A stretch of DNA of 64,000 nt from assembly GCA_040954595.2 (NCBI GenBank), contig CM082577.2:14887903-14951902 (forward strand). The letters are read 5' to 3'. Made by a program: the position numbers and the translations under genes. Below the pieces are notes generated by a model that saw only the letters and a program-made list of their open reading frames with translations, made no database searches and was not told the DNA's origin. This DNA comes from Balanoglossus misakiensis. Lineage: Eukaryota > Animalia > Hemichordata. Shown one piece after another: positions 34,093-49,215 of the stretch (the stretch's first letter is position 1; each line of letters begins with the position of its first letter).

Positions 34093-37000
34093 CCCCGCTT
34101 TTGCCGACCCTATGCCGAAGGATTGTAGTAAGTATAACTTTTATTGTTACTGATTTTTTCGTTGTGTTTGCGTCCAACTTTCCTTAGGTTGCTGCGCCAT
34201 TGTTCCGGCCTGTATCATGTGTTTTCGTTTGCGGTATAGGGCCAACATCCGTCTTGTACCAAGAGAAACCATAAGCAAGAAAGTTGTATAGAAAGAATGA
34301 CAGTGATTTTTGTAGCGACAATTTGCTATGTTTTCTGCTTGAGTTAGGCCTAGGCGGACGTGTTGCAGTAATGGCAACTGGGCGTCTTCGAAATTGTGTG
34401 CAGCGAGACTGGGCCAAAACTATGAAAAAAAATACCGAGTCAAACCAAAACAATACACGGTACAAAGCAGTAAGTCGGACCAATTGGCATCATAAGATTG
34501 TCAAGTTTTTTTACCCTAAAAGGCCCACGTCTGTAATGTATCAACTCTGGTGTCGACAGTAGAACTAGGGCCTAATTATATGGCCTAAAACATTAGCGTC
34601 GAATGCAATCGAAAGTAAACAAAGTATTGAGCTATACCGTTACCCCTGGAATAGATTCACGTGGACAGCAGTCAATTTGCCAAATTTTTAGACAATTGAG
34701 CGAAATTCACTTTTCTGCTAACCACGTTTGAATATTTATGCCCTCGCTGATCATTAGGCTATTTATTTTTATAGGTCACTGTCTACATGTATACTTTAGG
34801 GCCGTTTTTCACTACACTGAATGATGTCGGAACTCAGCGAGTTCCCTCGAGCGATAGGTTTTCCAGTCTTTTCTGCCAGGTGTTTGATTTGTAATTTTCT
34901 GGAGTAGAACACCGGTCGTGCAACAAGCTGCAATGACTGTGTGGTGTAGTTTGTTTGACTTGTAGCCTTTCCTACTCGGCCCAAGGAAGGGAGAGAAGGG
35001 GGGGGGGGTGTGTCTCTGAATCCGCATGCATGAGGAAAACTCTACACAGTGAGTAATATAATGGCGTAGTATGCCTGATATATGGATATTGGCCCTCCAA
35101 TAAACATCCCACATCTTTCTATGTTTCACATTGTGTTGACCAATAAGGCGCGTTCACACCTTTGGTTATCATCCAGCAAACAGGTAGGCCTGGTTTGGCA
35201 TGTGCCTGGTGAAATTCCTCCAACACCTCTCCAGGCCATCAATAATGATCGCTCCCTTAGACAGCTTCAGGTTGTGATTATAATGATTGGCCTGTAATTC
35301 CTTGTTATAACCAGTAAACAAGTACAATTTAATTACTGTCTCAGACTTGGACAATTTACACCCCTATCAATATTCAAATTGCAAGTAAGCTTATATGAAA
35401 ACGAGGAAACACACCTGGTATTTGAACTAGTGAATTTGGTATTTATCATCCTTGATGTCATTTCATTAATTTTTTAGATATGTGGGAATATTATTCCGCA
35501 AAATACAGAACAATCCGGCTGGAACGAAAGGAGGAAAGTTATAAGGTATGTTAATTTTGAAATGCAATTTAGAATTTACAATCAAATAATTTTGGGTTTA
35601 TAAGTTGGTATTTACTATGCATGAACCAGTATTTGTGTATTTGTGAATACAATATTACCAAGAAGTCTGATCAGTCCTTCGGCTTTTTAGTGAGAACTCT
35701 TCTTCTGGTATCAATTCTGTAACATATTTGATATTTTACCATTCTGCAGGTGAAAATAACTAGAAGGAAGAGGTTGCTTGTTTGAATTTTGTTGTCTGTA
35801 CATTATGTTGAGCAATGTCTCCAAAATTCTTTTAGTTTGTAAGGTAAATGTATATTAATGTGTATGAGAGCTACGATCTGAAACCAAATAAGTCATTCAT
35901 CTTTGAATGCGTTAACAGTTGGTGATAATGACAATGGCCATCTGACATAGAAAAATGATGCCAATGAATGGTACGGGTAACATGTCGCTAAATGGTTGGC
36001 TGGCCAAATCCCATGAGTGGAGGTGACCAGCTCTGCCAGTCAGAATTAAAGGGACAAAGTCTCTCTTTATTGAGCGTTTTTTCATGAATTTACTTTAATA
36101 TGAAAAGCTGTTTCTGTTGTTTGACAACTTGAAACAAGCTGAAATGTGTGTTCTGGTGAAGTGTACTCTACTTGCAGACAGACAAGACTGAACATTCAGT
36201 AAAACAGTTTATGGACTTGGTGTATTCCAACATATTCACTGCTGAGTCCACTTTTGTCCATGTAAACTTAACTGCACAGCAATGCTGCATAATGTCTGTC
36301 AAAACTGTGTAACATTATTTCTTCATGTGCCACGGTTTTTGTTGTGCACTGTTGACTGTGTTAGATTAAGGCTTTGGGAATGGAAGTTGTTGCATCATTA
36401 GATTTGATCAAAATGCTTTTGGGGGAGAGAACTGCCAACACTCTCTAGAACAATGCTGATAAGACTTATAGCAACCAGCAAATCAGCCAGCATTTTTTCT
36501 AAATTGGGCTGAAAACTGATTCCTTGAATGGCCATAATGTCATGTCATGTGACCCAGTATACATAATGGTTTTGTACTATGCACCACCCTGTTCCCCCTT
36601 ATCATTTCTCCAAAATAAAAACTTTGAGCATTTAGGACTTTGATAATTGACACCATGCTGCAATTCATGGAAGCATCTTTTATAATCCTTAATTTGATAA
36701 TTCGTCCTATTTCATTCACAGAGAATTAGGTGTAGGAAATTTTCTCAGCGACAGTTGGGAGCAAGGGATAAAACAGTGACAGCGTTGCGATGCATGGTAA
36801 GTGATTTAAAACAATTGTAGATTACCTGAAAATGAAGTGTCTTTTTATCATCTGTAAGAAATAGCCAAACACATTTTGTTCACACATGGCACAAGGACTA
36901 TATGCTGTTAAAGCTTGCATATGAATATCCCACTTTTTATCTCTACTTGGAGCTTGTTGATCACCAGTGGGTGGAGTGTCTGTCCTGCTATGTCCGTCAT

Positions 37001-37600
37001 TCTGCATACAGAGGTTCCGTTCGAATTTTTTTTCCTTTGCGTACTTCAATATGCATTCAGAATTTACTTTGCATAAATGTTAACAAAATTGCGTAGGCAA
37101 ATTTTAAAGCCTATATAGAACACCGTAGCGGTACATTACTGCAAAGATTTATCTATCAATGTCGTGTTGCCTGAGTGAAAATTGCAACATTTCTGTGCAT
37201 GTCTGCATTACTTTTTGCATATTTGCACTGGTGGTGTATGTATCCTTCATTATCTTTGTTTAATTATGGTCAGACATTGTGAAATGCGCAGGAGTTTGTA
37301 TTAACGGAACCACTGAAGATAGGACTTAAATCTTTATGGCTATGTAACTGTAGCCATATTGTACAGACTTTATGTAACAACCATTTGTTCTCTTTATACT
37401 GATGTTTTCTGTCCTAGTTGTTAAGCATTGTTTAATCAGATTCTGCTTTGATGGAAACAAAATAATATGTGCTACATTCTGGCAAATGGGGATATAGCTA
37501 ATACTTGTACGAATTTATGAGTGCATAAGAAGGCTATCTGTGACATGGGTGTACTGTGGGATCGTGTTACATATATTCGTGGGCATTCAAATACACAACA

Positions 37601-37614
37601 GCGCCCTCTAGCGG
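37601..37614 (-). promoter_or_regulatory. CTCF-like motif
   Basis: Reverse complement CCGCTAGAGGGCGC fits the CTCF core CCRSYAGRKGGCR. Occupancy is unknown. Confidence 0.4.
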
Positions 37615-39424
37615 TTGCATATGTAGATGTCAAATTCGAACAACATAAAGGAAATATTAGTATTGTTTAAAAGCAAAATTTTGGCATTGTAAAAAAACAC
37701 AATGTACAAAATCATGAAGTAACGACAAGTTCTGCCAACATACTTGCCTGTCATCTGCAGAACGATAGGCATCAACTATTTGTGGTCCCTTAAAAATGTG
37801 CTAATCTTGGGTTTTATAATGAACCTTGATCTGTCCTTTTATATACAGTAAATGTCTCCTTGACTAAAATGGCATGACATTGACAGTTTTCAACATTTTA
37901 GTTTCAAGGATGTGCTAATTCTATTTTTTGTATAATTTGAACTAGGCCATGGATCCTCTAGAAGATCTTCCAGAAAAGCCCAATGTAAGTAGTTTTGATT
38001 GTTCTGACCTCTTATAGTCATGTGTGCTTTCATACAATGTTTAAAGGGAAGTGGTCGTCCCACCGTGTTGGTGTCCCCCTTGATGAGAATATGTCCTCCC
38101 ATACCAGAGCAAAACCCCACTGCAGTCGCCACGACCTACAAGGATCTTCAGTTGCTGTCATGCCCAGTCTACTTTAGGGTTGGCTGCTTCCTTCATTCTA
38201 AGCATTATCTAATTTCAGGGATTTGTGGATGAACTGTAATGTTTATAAACAAACAAACGCGGCGAGACGACCCCTTCACTTTAAAAAATATTATGCAAAA
38301 TTTGGGTTTCTTGTTGACCGCATGTATAATACACATGTGTACATTTTTATGTACATGCATGTACTTGAACCAGTATGTATGTAGCACAACATGATATGTC
38401 TATAACACTGGCAAATGAGAGAACTTATAGAGCAAACAGCCAACTTAAATACACCCTTGCACAGTATTGGTATTTGTGTCTGTGTGTGCCGTTATATGCA
38501 TTCTCACACTCCTGGCAGCTGGGAGTGTGGGATTGAGAGTGTGGGATTAATAGAATCTCATACTCCTAAGGACCTGGGATTGTATTTCTCACACGAGTTG
38601 GTGATTTTCTGTCCCACACGAGCTGCAGGCGAGTGTGGGACAAAATATCCCCGACGAATGTGAGAAATAGGATCCGACGCCGTTGATGTTTGAGATTCTA
38701 TTTCTCACACGACAAAAAATAGCCAAATTCGCATTAGAAACATTGAATACTTGACTGTAAATGTCGTCTCGTACATTGTAGTTTTCTGTCAATGTATTAC
38801 ACTTCGCGCAATTGGATAACATTTATCACCTGTTACTACAAAACCTTTTGTCATCCAATCAGCGCTCACGTCATATAGAGCTTTGGAGTGTGCGAGAGTT
38901 TGGGATAAATCGATCGCACACTCCCAGCAGCACTTGCACTTGTCAATGATACTGGGCCAATTTCAATGATATCTCACTCCACATTGGCAGTGAGTGTATC
39001 ATGGTCACTGTGTGTGCATGGCAAGCCGTGAATTGAACATCTTACTCAACTCATTTTTTGGGGTTAAATGAATATTTCCCCACGTCAAATACCTGCGATT
39101 ACAATATGCCCTCTGTGTATGTACACTGTATGTACATGTACATGTATGTGTATTTATTTGTATATGTACAAGTATGTATGTGTGTAGGCAAGTAAGTGTG
39201 TGTTTTTGTTTGTGTCTATGTCTTTGTTCTCTACAAAGAACTTTAAATATGTATAAGATCTGTATTTGGTATTGAGGTGCATTATCACTTATCAGGTATA
39301 TTTTCTCTTTCCAGCTCTATGAGGTTTACCGGTACTGGTCGTTCTTGCTAATGATCGCAGTTGCTGTAGCAGTGGTGTGTTGTGTTTTTGTAAGTATAGG
39401 TACATTAAATTGTTATGGCAATTT

Positions 39425-39760
39425 GTGTATGTATCTAATATATGTATGTATGTGTATGTATGTATGCATGCATGCATGGAGGGATGGATGGATGGGTGGA
39501 TGGATGGATTTACGTCTGTATGTCCGTCCACATCAAAAACTTGACAACTGCTGCACATATCTCCTCGATATTTGGTGTGTAGATGCATGCTCTGCTGTGG
39601 GCAGGAATTTTTTCAAACAAAGTTTTCATTGCCAAAAAATATGCAAATTAGCTGGAAAATGTGAAATTGGTCAAAACTCAGAATCTCTACAACCACAGGT
39701 TAGATCGATTTGAAAATTGGTATGCATGTACCTCTAACAGTCCAGTTGTTTTGAGCTAAT
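39425..39760 (+). repeat. Second copy of the Helentron-like 5' region
   Basis: (GTAT)/(GGAT) tract then gtctgtatgtccgtccacatcaaaaacttga...aaatatgcaaattagctggaaaa, as at 23430-23700. Confidence 0.75.
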
Positions 39761-40876
39761 GAAATTTTCATTTTTACAGATTTTTTGTCTTATTTTATAT
39801 TATTGGTAAACAACCTTTTTTTTGCAAGTGATCAGTGGACTTCCTTGAAATTTTGTATGAAGCTTCCTAGAGGTGATATGAGTTACCATAGCCTTGTTCG
39901 AATTGTTGAAAAATTTGTATACTTATAATTTTGGTGCTATTTTTGCAAATTTTGGTCAAACATTCTTTTCTCTAAAACACTTTGTCAGACTGCTTTGAAC
40001 TTTTGTAGGCATATTTATAGGGGTACCCAGGCAAGGTGTAAATTTTTTGATAAAATTTGTATATTTGTGTTATTGGGGAAAGTTTTGAAAAATTTGTCAA
40101 AAATGGTTTTCTTTGAAACCACTTGTCAGATTGAAGTTAATATAGTTGAGTTGACAGTCCTATGTGCTCATTGGTGAACCTACACATGTTCTTTCCCATG
40201 AAGTTGTTTTGCTGATTTGCATTCATGTGGGCCGCTAGAACTATTTCAACTTATTTGCCAAAATGGCAGTGTTGGGCAACTCTAATAATTAAAAATGGCC
40301 ACCGTACACCTCTAAAATTAATATATTGGTACCTAAAACAAGTTCAACTTGGTTGACATGGTAATACTAGACAACTCTTCTAATTTGCCTTTCAAAATGG
40401 CCGCCAAACACCTCCTGGATAATTTAACTTTGGCCTTCTTGTCCCACAATTATGTGTAAAATTGTGTTTGCTTAAATGGCTTGTCAGATTGCTTTAAAAT
40501 TTGATTTTTTTTGTAATTTTCTTTGTTTTTGTCAGCAAATCTCCAAAACCATTTTTTGTGTTCCTCGGACAGTTAGGTTGGTGACTCTCTACTGAGAATG
40601 TACATTACATGTTTACATCACTTCATCAGCTGTTACACTGTCTGAATGAATCTTGTGTGGTGCATCTGACTTTGACTGTACCTGTGTGCGAATGTTGGAG
40701 GCAGTCATCTTGGGCATGGCTGGACAGAATTTTGTGCAAGATGGCAGCCAGTACCTGACCCTTTCCTTTTAGCTGCAGCCAGCAGTGGATATGGGGGCAG
40801 GGGACAAGACTACTGGATGCATTTCTTTTATAGGCAACATTTTCAACTTCTTTTGCTTTTTCCTCAGGTTCTTCCC

Positions 40877-43590
40877 ATGGGTCACCATGAACAAGACACT
40901 AAATTAACCGTAAATTGGCAATCACAGAAACAGATACTCCTAAAGCAACAGGAAGATTTACACAATAAACTAGATTGGCTAGACCAACAACAGGAGCTCT
41001 TGAAGCATTTCACTGCGCTAGAAAACATATACATGAGCTTGCAGCAGGAGACAAGGTAGGTGTAAATAACAATAGCCCGCCCCCCCCCCCCCAGCCCCCG
41101 GTATGTACACTCAAAAGGAACGACGTGGTCTCAGAGTTTTTGTGCCAACCAAAATTAAACAGTGTAATTATGTTGTAGCAATTTTGTCCACAGTCAAATT
41201 GTTAAAAGGAATTACAGCAGTGAACATGCGTTGAGTGCATCGACAGAGTTGCATCACCCAGGAAAATATGGATGAAGGCATCAAAATGCACCCAAACGAC
41301 GACGACAAATCACCTGACTGCAAATCACCTCAGCGAAAATTTGTATAAATTGTGTCCATATGAATGAAAATTGGGTCCACCAAAATTGAATAGGAGTCTG
41401 CAAATATTGTAGTAGTTCTGACCCGGAATTTGAATTGTTGTTGGCGTGTAGGGGCCAGCCAATACAGTCCACTGCATTTTCTCATCATGAGTCTTGTGCG
41501 TACTATCAACTATCTCTAATGTTGTGCTGTCTTGGGTTTCTTTCAGCTGGGATGAGCTGCTCGGCTCAACAGAAGCCAGACAGAAATACCTAAATAATTT
41601 CCAACAGATGGAAGCGGTCCTATCAACATTCTCACAGAAAGCACAAATTTTAAAAACTTGGCTGAAAAATCTTGACGCTGAAAGGTATGGTGAATCTTGA
41701 CCCTTGTGTGACCTTTACATCCTGGCACTTTGTTGGTATGATTTAACTATTTTGAGTTTAAACTCTGGATCAATCAACCTTACTTACTGAATCTGTGCAC
41801 TGTAAATCATCCCAAAACAACATTTTTGAATATTGTCTTTTACACAAAAGAGAACATGTTGTGTGTAAGGTTGAATTATGTATGAAGCCATACGAACAAA
41901 ACATGGGTGTTTCTAAAACTTGTAACAAGCAGAACCTACAGTAATGACCAATAATGACCTTGAAATAGTTAGAATGATTGAGGAACAATATAACGTCCAA
42001 AAATATGTGATCCATCTATAAATCACTCCACAACCATATGCAGCTACCGCCCTTCACTGGAATCATGCCCTCTATGACACATTTGATCGATACCAATTTG
42101 AAAGTGTTATGAAGGTACTACGAATGCATAGAATTTAAATATCAGTGGTGGATGAACAATAAGGGTGTACGTCATTAACATAGCGTTAGCTGTAGTAGCC
42201 GTACACCTGGGTATTTTGAATATTACGTAAGGGTTTTTGATTTTTGACTCTCTGCAACGGCAGTCAAGTGGCGTGAGCCGACCAGAAAACAGACAAGTTG
42301 AGCTCGGCCATGAGCGACGGGGACTAGAATCTTGTAATCCATGTAGGAGCTCGGTGTTGAAGTTCAGCATGTCGGTATGTCCTGTTGGTTTGAATTCAGC
42401 GTTGCTCTCGGACTTACATGTAAAATGCATGTCTACGCCAGCAACCGTGAGTGAAGTGAACCTGTTAATTTCTTCTGAGAGGACTTCAGGAAAGAACTTT
42501 GTGAGAAAGCAGCACGCCAGCGTGAACCATCGTCGGGTCGGTGCAGAGAACTCGAGGAACATTGAATTATCGCGTCTGCTCACCACGTGTGTAATATTAC
42601 CGCGGAACTGATACAAGTTTCTTGAGGACATTACAATATTTCAGTAAGAACCCTAGTAACATTTGAGTTTCAGTGCTTGTACTATAATATTAATATTCTT
42701 CCTGTGACAAATAGATTCGGTCGGGAGTGAAACATGTAACTTTGGGTGAACTGTGTATCATTGTTGTTGCTGTCTGGGTGTTTGTGTTGTGAGTTTTTGG
42801 TTCGTAACAGAAAGTAATTTACAAAAACGAACAACAATGACGCAAAAACCAGGAGATCATCTAAGCTACTGATTTTTCGGTTTTAGCTACTTTACAGTTC
42901 CCAACACTAAGAAAGCATTTTTCCTGACTCCTGTGGTTTCAATGATGAATATTAGCCAGCATAATAATTATAGGTGGAGTTACACGACGTAACTTGACAC
43001 ACAACCTGAGTTGCTCTGTGAGTTGCCTGATGACAGGGCAAGCATTATCAGTTTTCCTCAAATAAACTTTGACATCTGCACTGCACATTATTAATTTGTT
43101 ATTTTCTGAACCGAGAACTAGCTGTAGACTCCGGAAAAATATTGGCGAAATTGTTTTTGACCAAAAATTGTCTGTATAAATACATAAGAAAACCGACTTC
43201 TTTCAGTCAGCCCTGGGACAGAGGATGTTATTGGTCATTACTTCAAGTTTCTGCTCATTACTGTTCGCGACATGTTTTACAAACACCCAGAAGTCAATTA
43301 GAATGGCACAAAATAACAAGACCATGAAAATTGAGCCTGAATTGTTGTCATGTACCGGGTAGGCTGCATATACCGTAGTACAACTTGATGGACTCTTATA
43401 ATTACATTACCTGGCCTGTGTACTGCAAAGACACTGCCTGGAGTTAAAGGATGTTTGATCGCGGAAGTTGTTTTTGTGTCACATGCAGTCAAAATTACTC
43501 CTCATTTCACTCCATCACCCATAGCTCATCACTTATTTTCCTGTACAACATCTGTTTGCTTTTTTCAGATCCACCAGAAACTACCCGTAG
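40877..43590 (+). CDS. Small unrecognised helical/coiled-coil protein, copy 2 (~112 aa)
   Basis: Exons 40877-41055, 41547-41684 and 43569-43590. A 7-bp deletion relative to copy 1 moves the stop into the next exon (..KNLDAERSTRNYP*). Confidence 0.55.
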
Positions 43591-46500
43591 TTGCACTATA
43601 GAGTCTCTCACAGCCCACGGTTCGCTACAAGGCTCTTCACTGACACGACCTCAACCATTCAGCAAAGGAGAAGCCCCGTATGGTGTTGTGTAGTGAACCT
43701 ATGCCAGTGATGATCCTGATCTCATATGAAGCTACGGCTTGCCATGCGGTAGATTTTTGTAAATTTAGTTTTATTTAAGTGTACACATCTGCATTTTTGT
43801 TAGTTGTAGTTATAATATAGTTATTCAGTTATTTTTGTTTGTTGGTTGTTTGTTTGTTTGTTTGTGTGGTTGTTTGGTGTAACTGTGTGTGTCTTTCTAT
43901 CAAAGTGTAGGGTACCTCTATATAATACCACGGTCACACTGATAAAAATTTCAAACGTTTCAGAGACACTGTTTGCCTTTTCTAAACACAGAGCATTAAT
44001 CCTTTGAGTCCCTTGTGTCCACACACAAAGTTTATGTATAGGCGCCGAGGCTCGGGCCCCATAGACAATGGGTTGTGGAAAGGTGTTAATCCTTACATCA
44101 GGTCTGGTTGCCAAAGCCATCTCAAAATTGGTAACCAGTGATTCAAATTGCCCATTTGACATCAAACCTTCAATATTCAGAAAAGATGTCAATTTTCTGT
44201 GAGTTACAATTATTGTTTTCATAATGTACAGAAAAGTTTACATTGGATCACTTAATCATTCAGCCATTCATTTTCTTTGATTTTGAATATATTTAGTTTT
44301 GTTTACACTTCCCTGACTGTGCGCTTTACGATGAAATATTCACTTGACGTCAGGGGTACCATTTGCAGATGTCCCCTACCTAGCTTGGAGTAGGAAATCT
44401 TGAGCATTCAGAAAAGAAATTCTCTGCATTCAGAAAAAAAATTCTCTGTCATTCAATTTTGATTATGAAAATATCTAATTTGTTTACGCATGGTTCCATG
44501 ACTGTGTGTTTTATGATACACATTTCTATTGATTTTGTTTCACAATATAATCTAATGTGGCTGTTGGTCAATATTGGATGGTATTGGGACGTGTTGTTTG
44601 CAGTGAGGTTTGATACAGCTCCCAGCAGACACCACTTTGTGTGAATTTCTTCACGTCGTCGCCAATTTGTCACTTTTGTGGGTTATTTGTTTGGTGTTAT
44701 GATTTCGCCCCTTTAACTGTCGATTCAGTAGAGACAGTGTCATTAGCAATGGATTGCCATGCATAACTTGACAAGGAGAGTTCATGGAAAATCAGTTTTA
44801 TTCAAGAACTAGAATAGTTGGTGACTTGGAAGACTAAATCTTAGAATTTGTAATAATAACAGTTGACCCTTTGATACAACGTGTCAGTTAAGAATTTGGA
44901 GTCGCTTGCAGATTTAAATTCAGAAAATGTGGACCATGAAATTGAGAGTTTGTCCCTACAATGATTGGAAGTCTTTCATGTTCTAAACACATGCGCAAAT
45001 TATAGAACATACGTAAGACAGTATGTTGTACGACATCTTTGGAGAACATATTAACAGAGTTATACTGCTTGGAACAGCATTCCTTTGTATTACCTTGTTT
45101 GCCTTTGTGTAAATTACCCTTGTGCTTCTTACCTGTGTCAAACATTTTGCAACAGCCACACCCATAGTGGGTGTGTGGTTTGGGTGCCACTTCTTCTTTC
45201 TTACTCCTATGGCCCATGTGTCCTGACCTCAATATTGCAGAATCTTGTCTTAGAAATGCGGGTTTAGGAGTGGATCGAGCCATCGGCCCAGCTGTAATAT
45301 AATATGCACCCTTGTTCACTTAGCATTGGTTTGAATTTGCAGATTGTAATTGCTGTCTTGAAATCTAGCAGTATTGCTTGAGTGAGGTTAGCAGCATTGT
45401 GCTGAGCACACTTGTTCAGTAACTCTTAGAGTCTCATAAGTGAATTATTTTGCAGATTTCCCACTCCAACAGCCAAAAAGGGTATTCAGTCCATCACTAT
45501 TTTTTTCCGACTGAAGAGGTGAATGGCTGATCTGTAACAGACATGCTCTATCATACTGCTGACTTCTGCACCTGGGCTTCTGGGATACAGCTATCTCACA
45601 TATACCGTACCCCTATTCATTGGAGTCAAGTTTCTAGCATGCCGTTTGGGGATGCTGCGATCATGGATCACCACAGGGTTCCACCTGGAGAACAGTTAAA
45701 CTTGGCATTCAGCTCACAAGGCAGAAATGTGTACTACAAATGGATTTCTCATTGGGTACCCATTGGCTACCCATATGCGATGATGGCCCCTATTGTTGTT
45801 AGAAATCCTACTTCCTTGCTGTCATGGCATGCTATTCTTTCCACATTACAAAACTCTCATTTTATATAACGTTATATACATGAACATGTGCCTGTACATA
45901 TGGAGGTGCAGACGTCAACACCTGTGGGGTATACTTCCACCTATGTTCACTAAGCTAGTATTACAGCCTCTGATCATTATAGTGATCAACTTCCTTGTGT
46001 CATTACTAATGGGACACACCATTTACTGGTATTGTCATTGATATCTCTAATATTGTCAGCTCTGTCAAGTTATGGGAAGCTTCATCTTTCTGAGACCTCT
46101 GGTCATTTGAACTTGATGACAACCGTTCACCTAAATCGGTAAGTTTTAATAGGATCTTATAGTCATTCAGCATATCTCAGAGGCATGAGTACCACACAGT
46201 CCCCATACCTAGGATTATCATAGTGCATGTTGACACATTCAATTGTCTATAATTAAGGATATCCTACCCAGTGACTTGACTCATTATCTAGCAATTTGTC
46301 TGGTGGCCTTGAATCAAAACCACTTCTTGGGTTTGATGATTGAGCTAACACCAAAACGTATCACCAGCGTCATTGCTATTCTGGATATTGCTCAGGCCAA
46401 ATCTCTCAAGTGTAAAAAAAACTTCCATCAAGGCTGTTCAGTGTTCCCTCAGCCAATCCATTCGTAGTTTGTAATCTGCCTGTTGAATATGTATATCAGT

Positions 46501-47129
46501 TTTTCTTTCTCTTTACTATTGTCTATTGTTCTTGGTACATGTTGAGATGGTATTAACAGCTGTGACTTTTTCTCTATTCTCTGGCTGATTGGCTTATTTA
46601 TGATGCACACAATTTGAAATAGTGTCAAGGGAATCAAGAAAAATACTTCGCCAAGAGGATGGGTCAGGTCAGATCACCCTATTCCTGAAAACTACTTTGA
46701 GCTAGACCATCAACTCATGCTTTCAACGTTCAGCTATATCTTATAGCAGGTGCCCAGATCCACATGTTTCTCACCATGTGATGAATATTTGTCCAACCAT
46801 GAATCATTGCTCCTCAGGAATTATGAATAGTCAGGCCATTATAGCAAGAGTGCAGTGGAGAGTGCATTGTACTTCACCAAGGCATATACTGGAGATCATG
46901 CCAGCTGAGGTGGATGGCATAATCACACCATGCAGTTTGTTAGACTCAGGTCTTTGTTCTTCTTGAAATCACAAAGCCCTCCTACTTTGGGAGTAGTGGA
47001 TGCAGGCTATTACTAAGAATGACATTGATGTCCACATGCATCTACATGCAGTGCTTGTGTTGTGAGTACCTTCATTTGTATAGTAGAGCAGTGGATCTTG
47101 GAGCACCTATGAGGAACATAAGCTCAATA

Positions 47130-47700
47130 CCCGTTCACATGTGCTGCCTGTGACGTATCCTAGATGTGAAATATCAAGACAAAGTTACTAACTAACACTA
47201 CTGTCCTGAAGAGAGATGTACCTGGCACAGTCTGCTGAAGCAAGAGACACAATACACTGGCTTGGCGCAATGTGCTCACAGATGATGGGTGGATCATAAA
47301 AGACCTCCTGTATGGCGAACTGACACTTAGGACAAACAGACCAAAGCAGATCTGACAGTTACACCTCAGGGATGTTTGCAAAAGAGACACGAAGGCCCTG
47401 CACATCGACACAAACTCTAGGGAGTCTAAAGCTTCAGACGGAATGACCTGATGGAGACAAGTGGTTGGCTATTCCAACATTGAAGAGACACTCGCCCAAA
47501 TGTGCGAAGTCAAGAGACAGAGAAGGAAGGCATCAAGCCAGGCAAACAGATCCTCCTAAGCCTTCACCTGTTTAAAGTGTCAGAGAGACAGTCATTCTCA
47601 CATTGGATTGACTGGTAACACCCGACGCTGTTCCAGATCTACCGGTAGACCAACATCCCAGCACGCAGATCCACAGTCTTTTGAGACTGAAGGATGCCAA
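47130..47700 (+). mobile_element. Decayed RTE-clade LINE 3' end
   Basis: DDGWIIKDLLYGEL...LRDVCKRDTKALHID...WRQ...FTCLKCQRDSHSHIGL..NTRRC, with stops. 3' end gtcttttgagactgaaggatgcc. Confidence 0.85.
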
Positions 47701-49215
47701 TGCACCTCATCCCTAACTGTCTCCACATCTTTGGAACAGCATAATCTTGTGGAACACACACTGAAGGGAATGTATTGAGCACTTCACCAGCTATCCCATA
47801 TATCTGCATTGTGGAGATGATTTCTTTAGTTCTGTCTCACTTCAGAGAAGGGAAATTTACACAAAGGCTATAATCAGGGACAACTAAAGTATTACTGTAT
47901 TTTATTTCCATCAATGTGAGTGATAGTTTCCAAAAGTCACACAACCCATGAATCAAGGTATTAGAACTCACCTCATCTGATCTTGAAACAGACACAAAAG
48001 AAATGTTTACAACAACATCAATATATGATTTATACGAATATTTATTAAGCCTACCTCAAGCTAGTGAATGAGACCTGGTATACTTGACAAATGAAAAATA
48101 ACAGCATCTGGCAGTAACCCATGTTCACTTTTGTTATATAATGTAAAGCTAAACATAGTTTTGCAAACAAATTTGCATTAGAGATTGTAGTGTCGTGCAA
48201 TGTGTTGCAAGTAAATTTGTTGAAAGTCTAATAAAATAGCTAGACACTCAAAAAGTGAAATCATACGCTATGGAATGTTGCATTTGTCACAGACTACAGG
48301 CACCGTCATGTTGACTTAAATTCAACAGCCCATGTATCCATTTTCGCTGTTTAGTAAACAATTCTTTGCATTTATTATCAAATACACAAAAACCTACATA
48401 TTAGTGAAGTTACATATATCTTCAACCTCCATTGAAAATATTTGTAAAAGTACAAAGGCAAACATTTATGGAGCATAATGATATTCACCAAAATTCAGCT
48501 ACACAGATTAAAATACAAATGGTTATTTCACCAGGTAAAATTCCTCAAATTTACAAGCAAATTGTTACATTATCAGTGTTTCAGCCAGCTTTAGAAAGCA
48601 CACAGTACTAGAAATATCTCAGGATTCATTCTGATTTGTACCATCAGAAATTCCTCAGTCAAACCAGGCATAGTTCACATGTGTACAGAGAATTGTTGAC
48701 CACTAATACAAATTTCGAGATCATACTTTTACGGCGAATCTTATGGTCAATAACCATTTCAAATGATTTAGAAAATAATGCATTATTGAGAGAGGAGATA
48801 CGATTTTTATAAAATAATCAAGCAATTGCATAGCCAGCCATACAAACAAGTTTTAAGTAAAAAGGAACACTTGAAACACCTGTTAAATCAAACAAAAATT
48901 TGATTTTTCTGTTGACAGAACAAAGGAAATTTACATGTTAACTTTCAACAGAAACTAGCCACCTCAGTTAGTCATTGCTTGTTTCCTCCAAAGTGTGACA
49001 TTTGCAGTACATGAATACTTTGATTCCTAGGGCTTTTAAATTTTAATTTTGAAATTTTCACTCTAATTCCTCAGTGTACTTTTCCTCGATAAAAATAAAT
49101 AAAATGTATAAGTACTTCATATCATTGTTAGTATGTAAAACAGAAAAGTTATATAAATGTCAACCTTCGATGATACAAATCATGGAGAATTGTGGGTAAA
49201 ATATTGTACTAGTGT

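Noticed and set aside
42107-42631. 174-aa minus-strand ORF in the intron of gene copy 2
   Set aside because: No recognisable motif, and an overlapping antisense ORF of similar quality exists. Probably an inserted non-coding repeat.
45300-46760. Decayed minus-strand LINE endonuclease region (QLNVES-like motif near 46720)
   Set aside because: Too degraded to reconstruct a frame or boundaries by eye.
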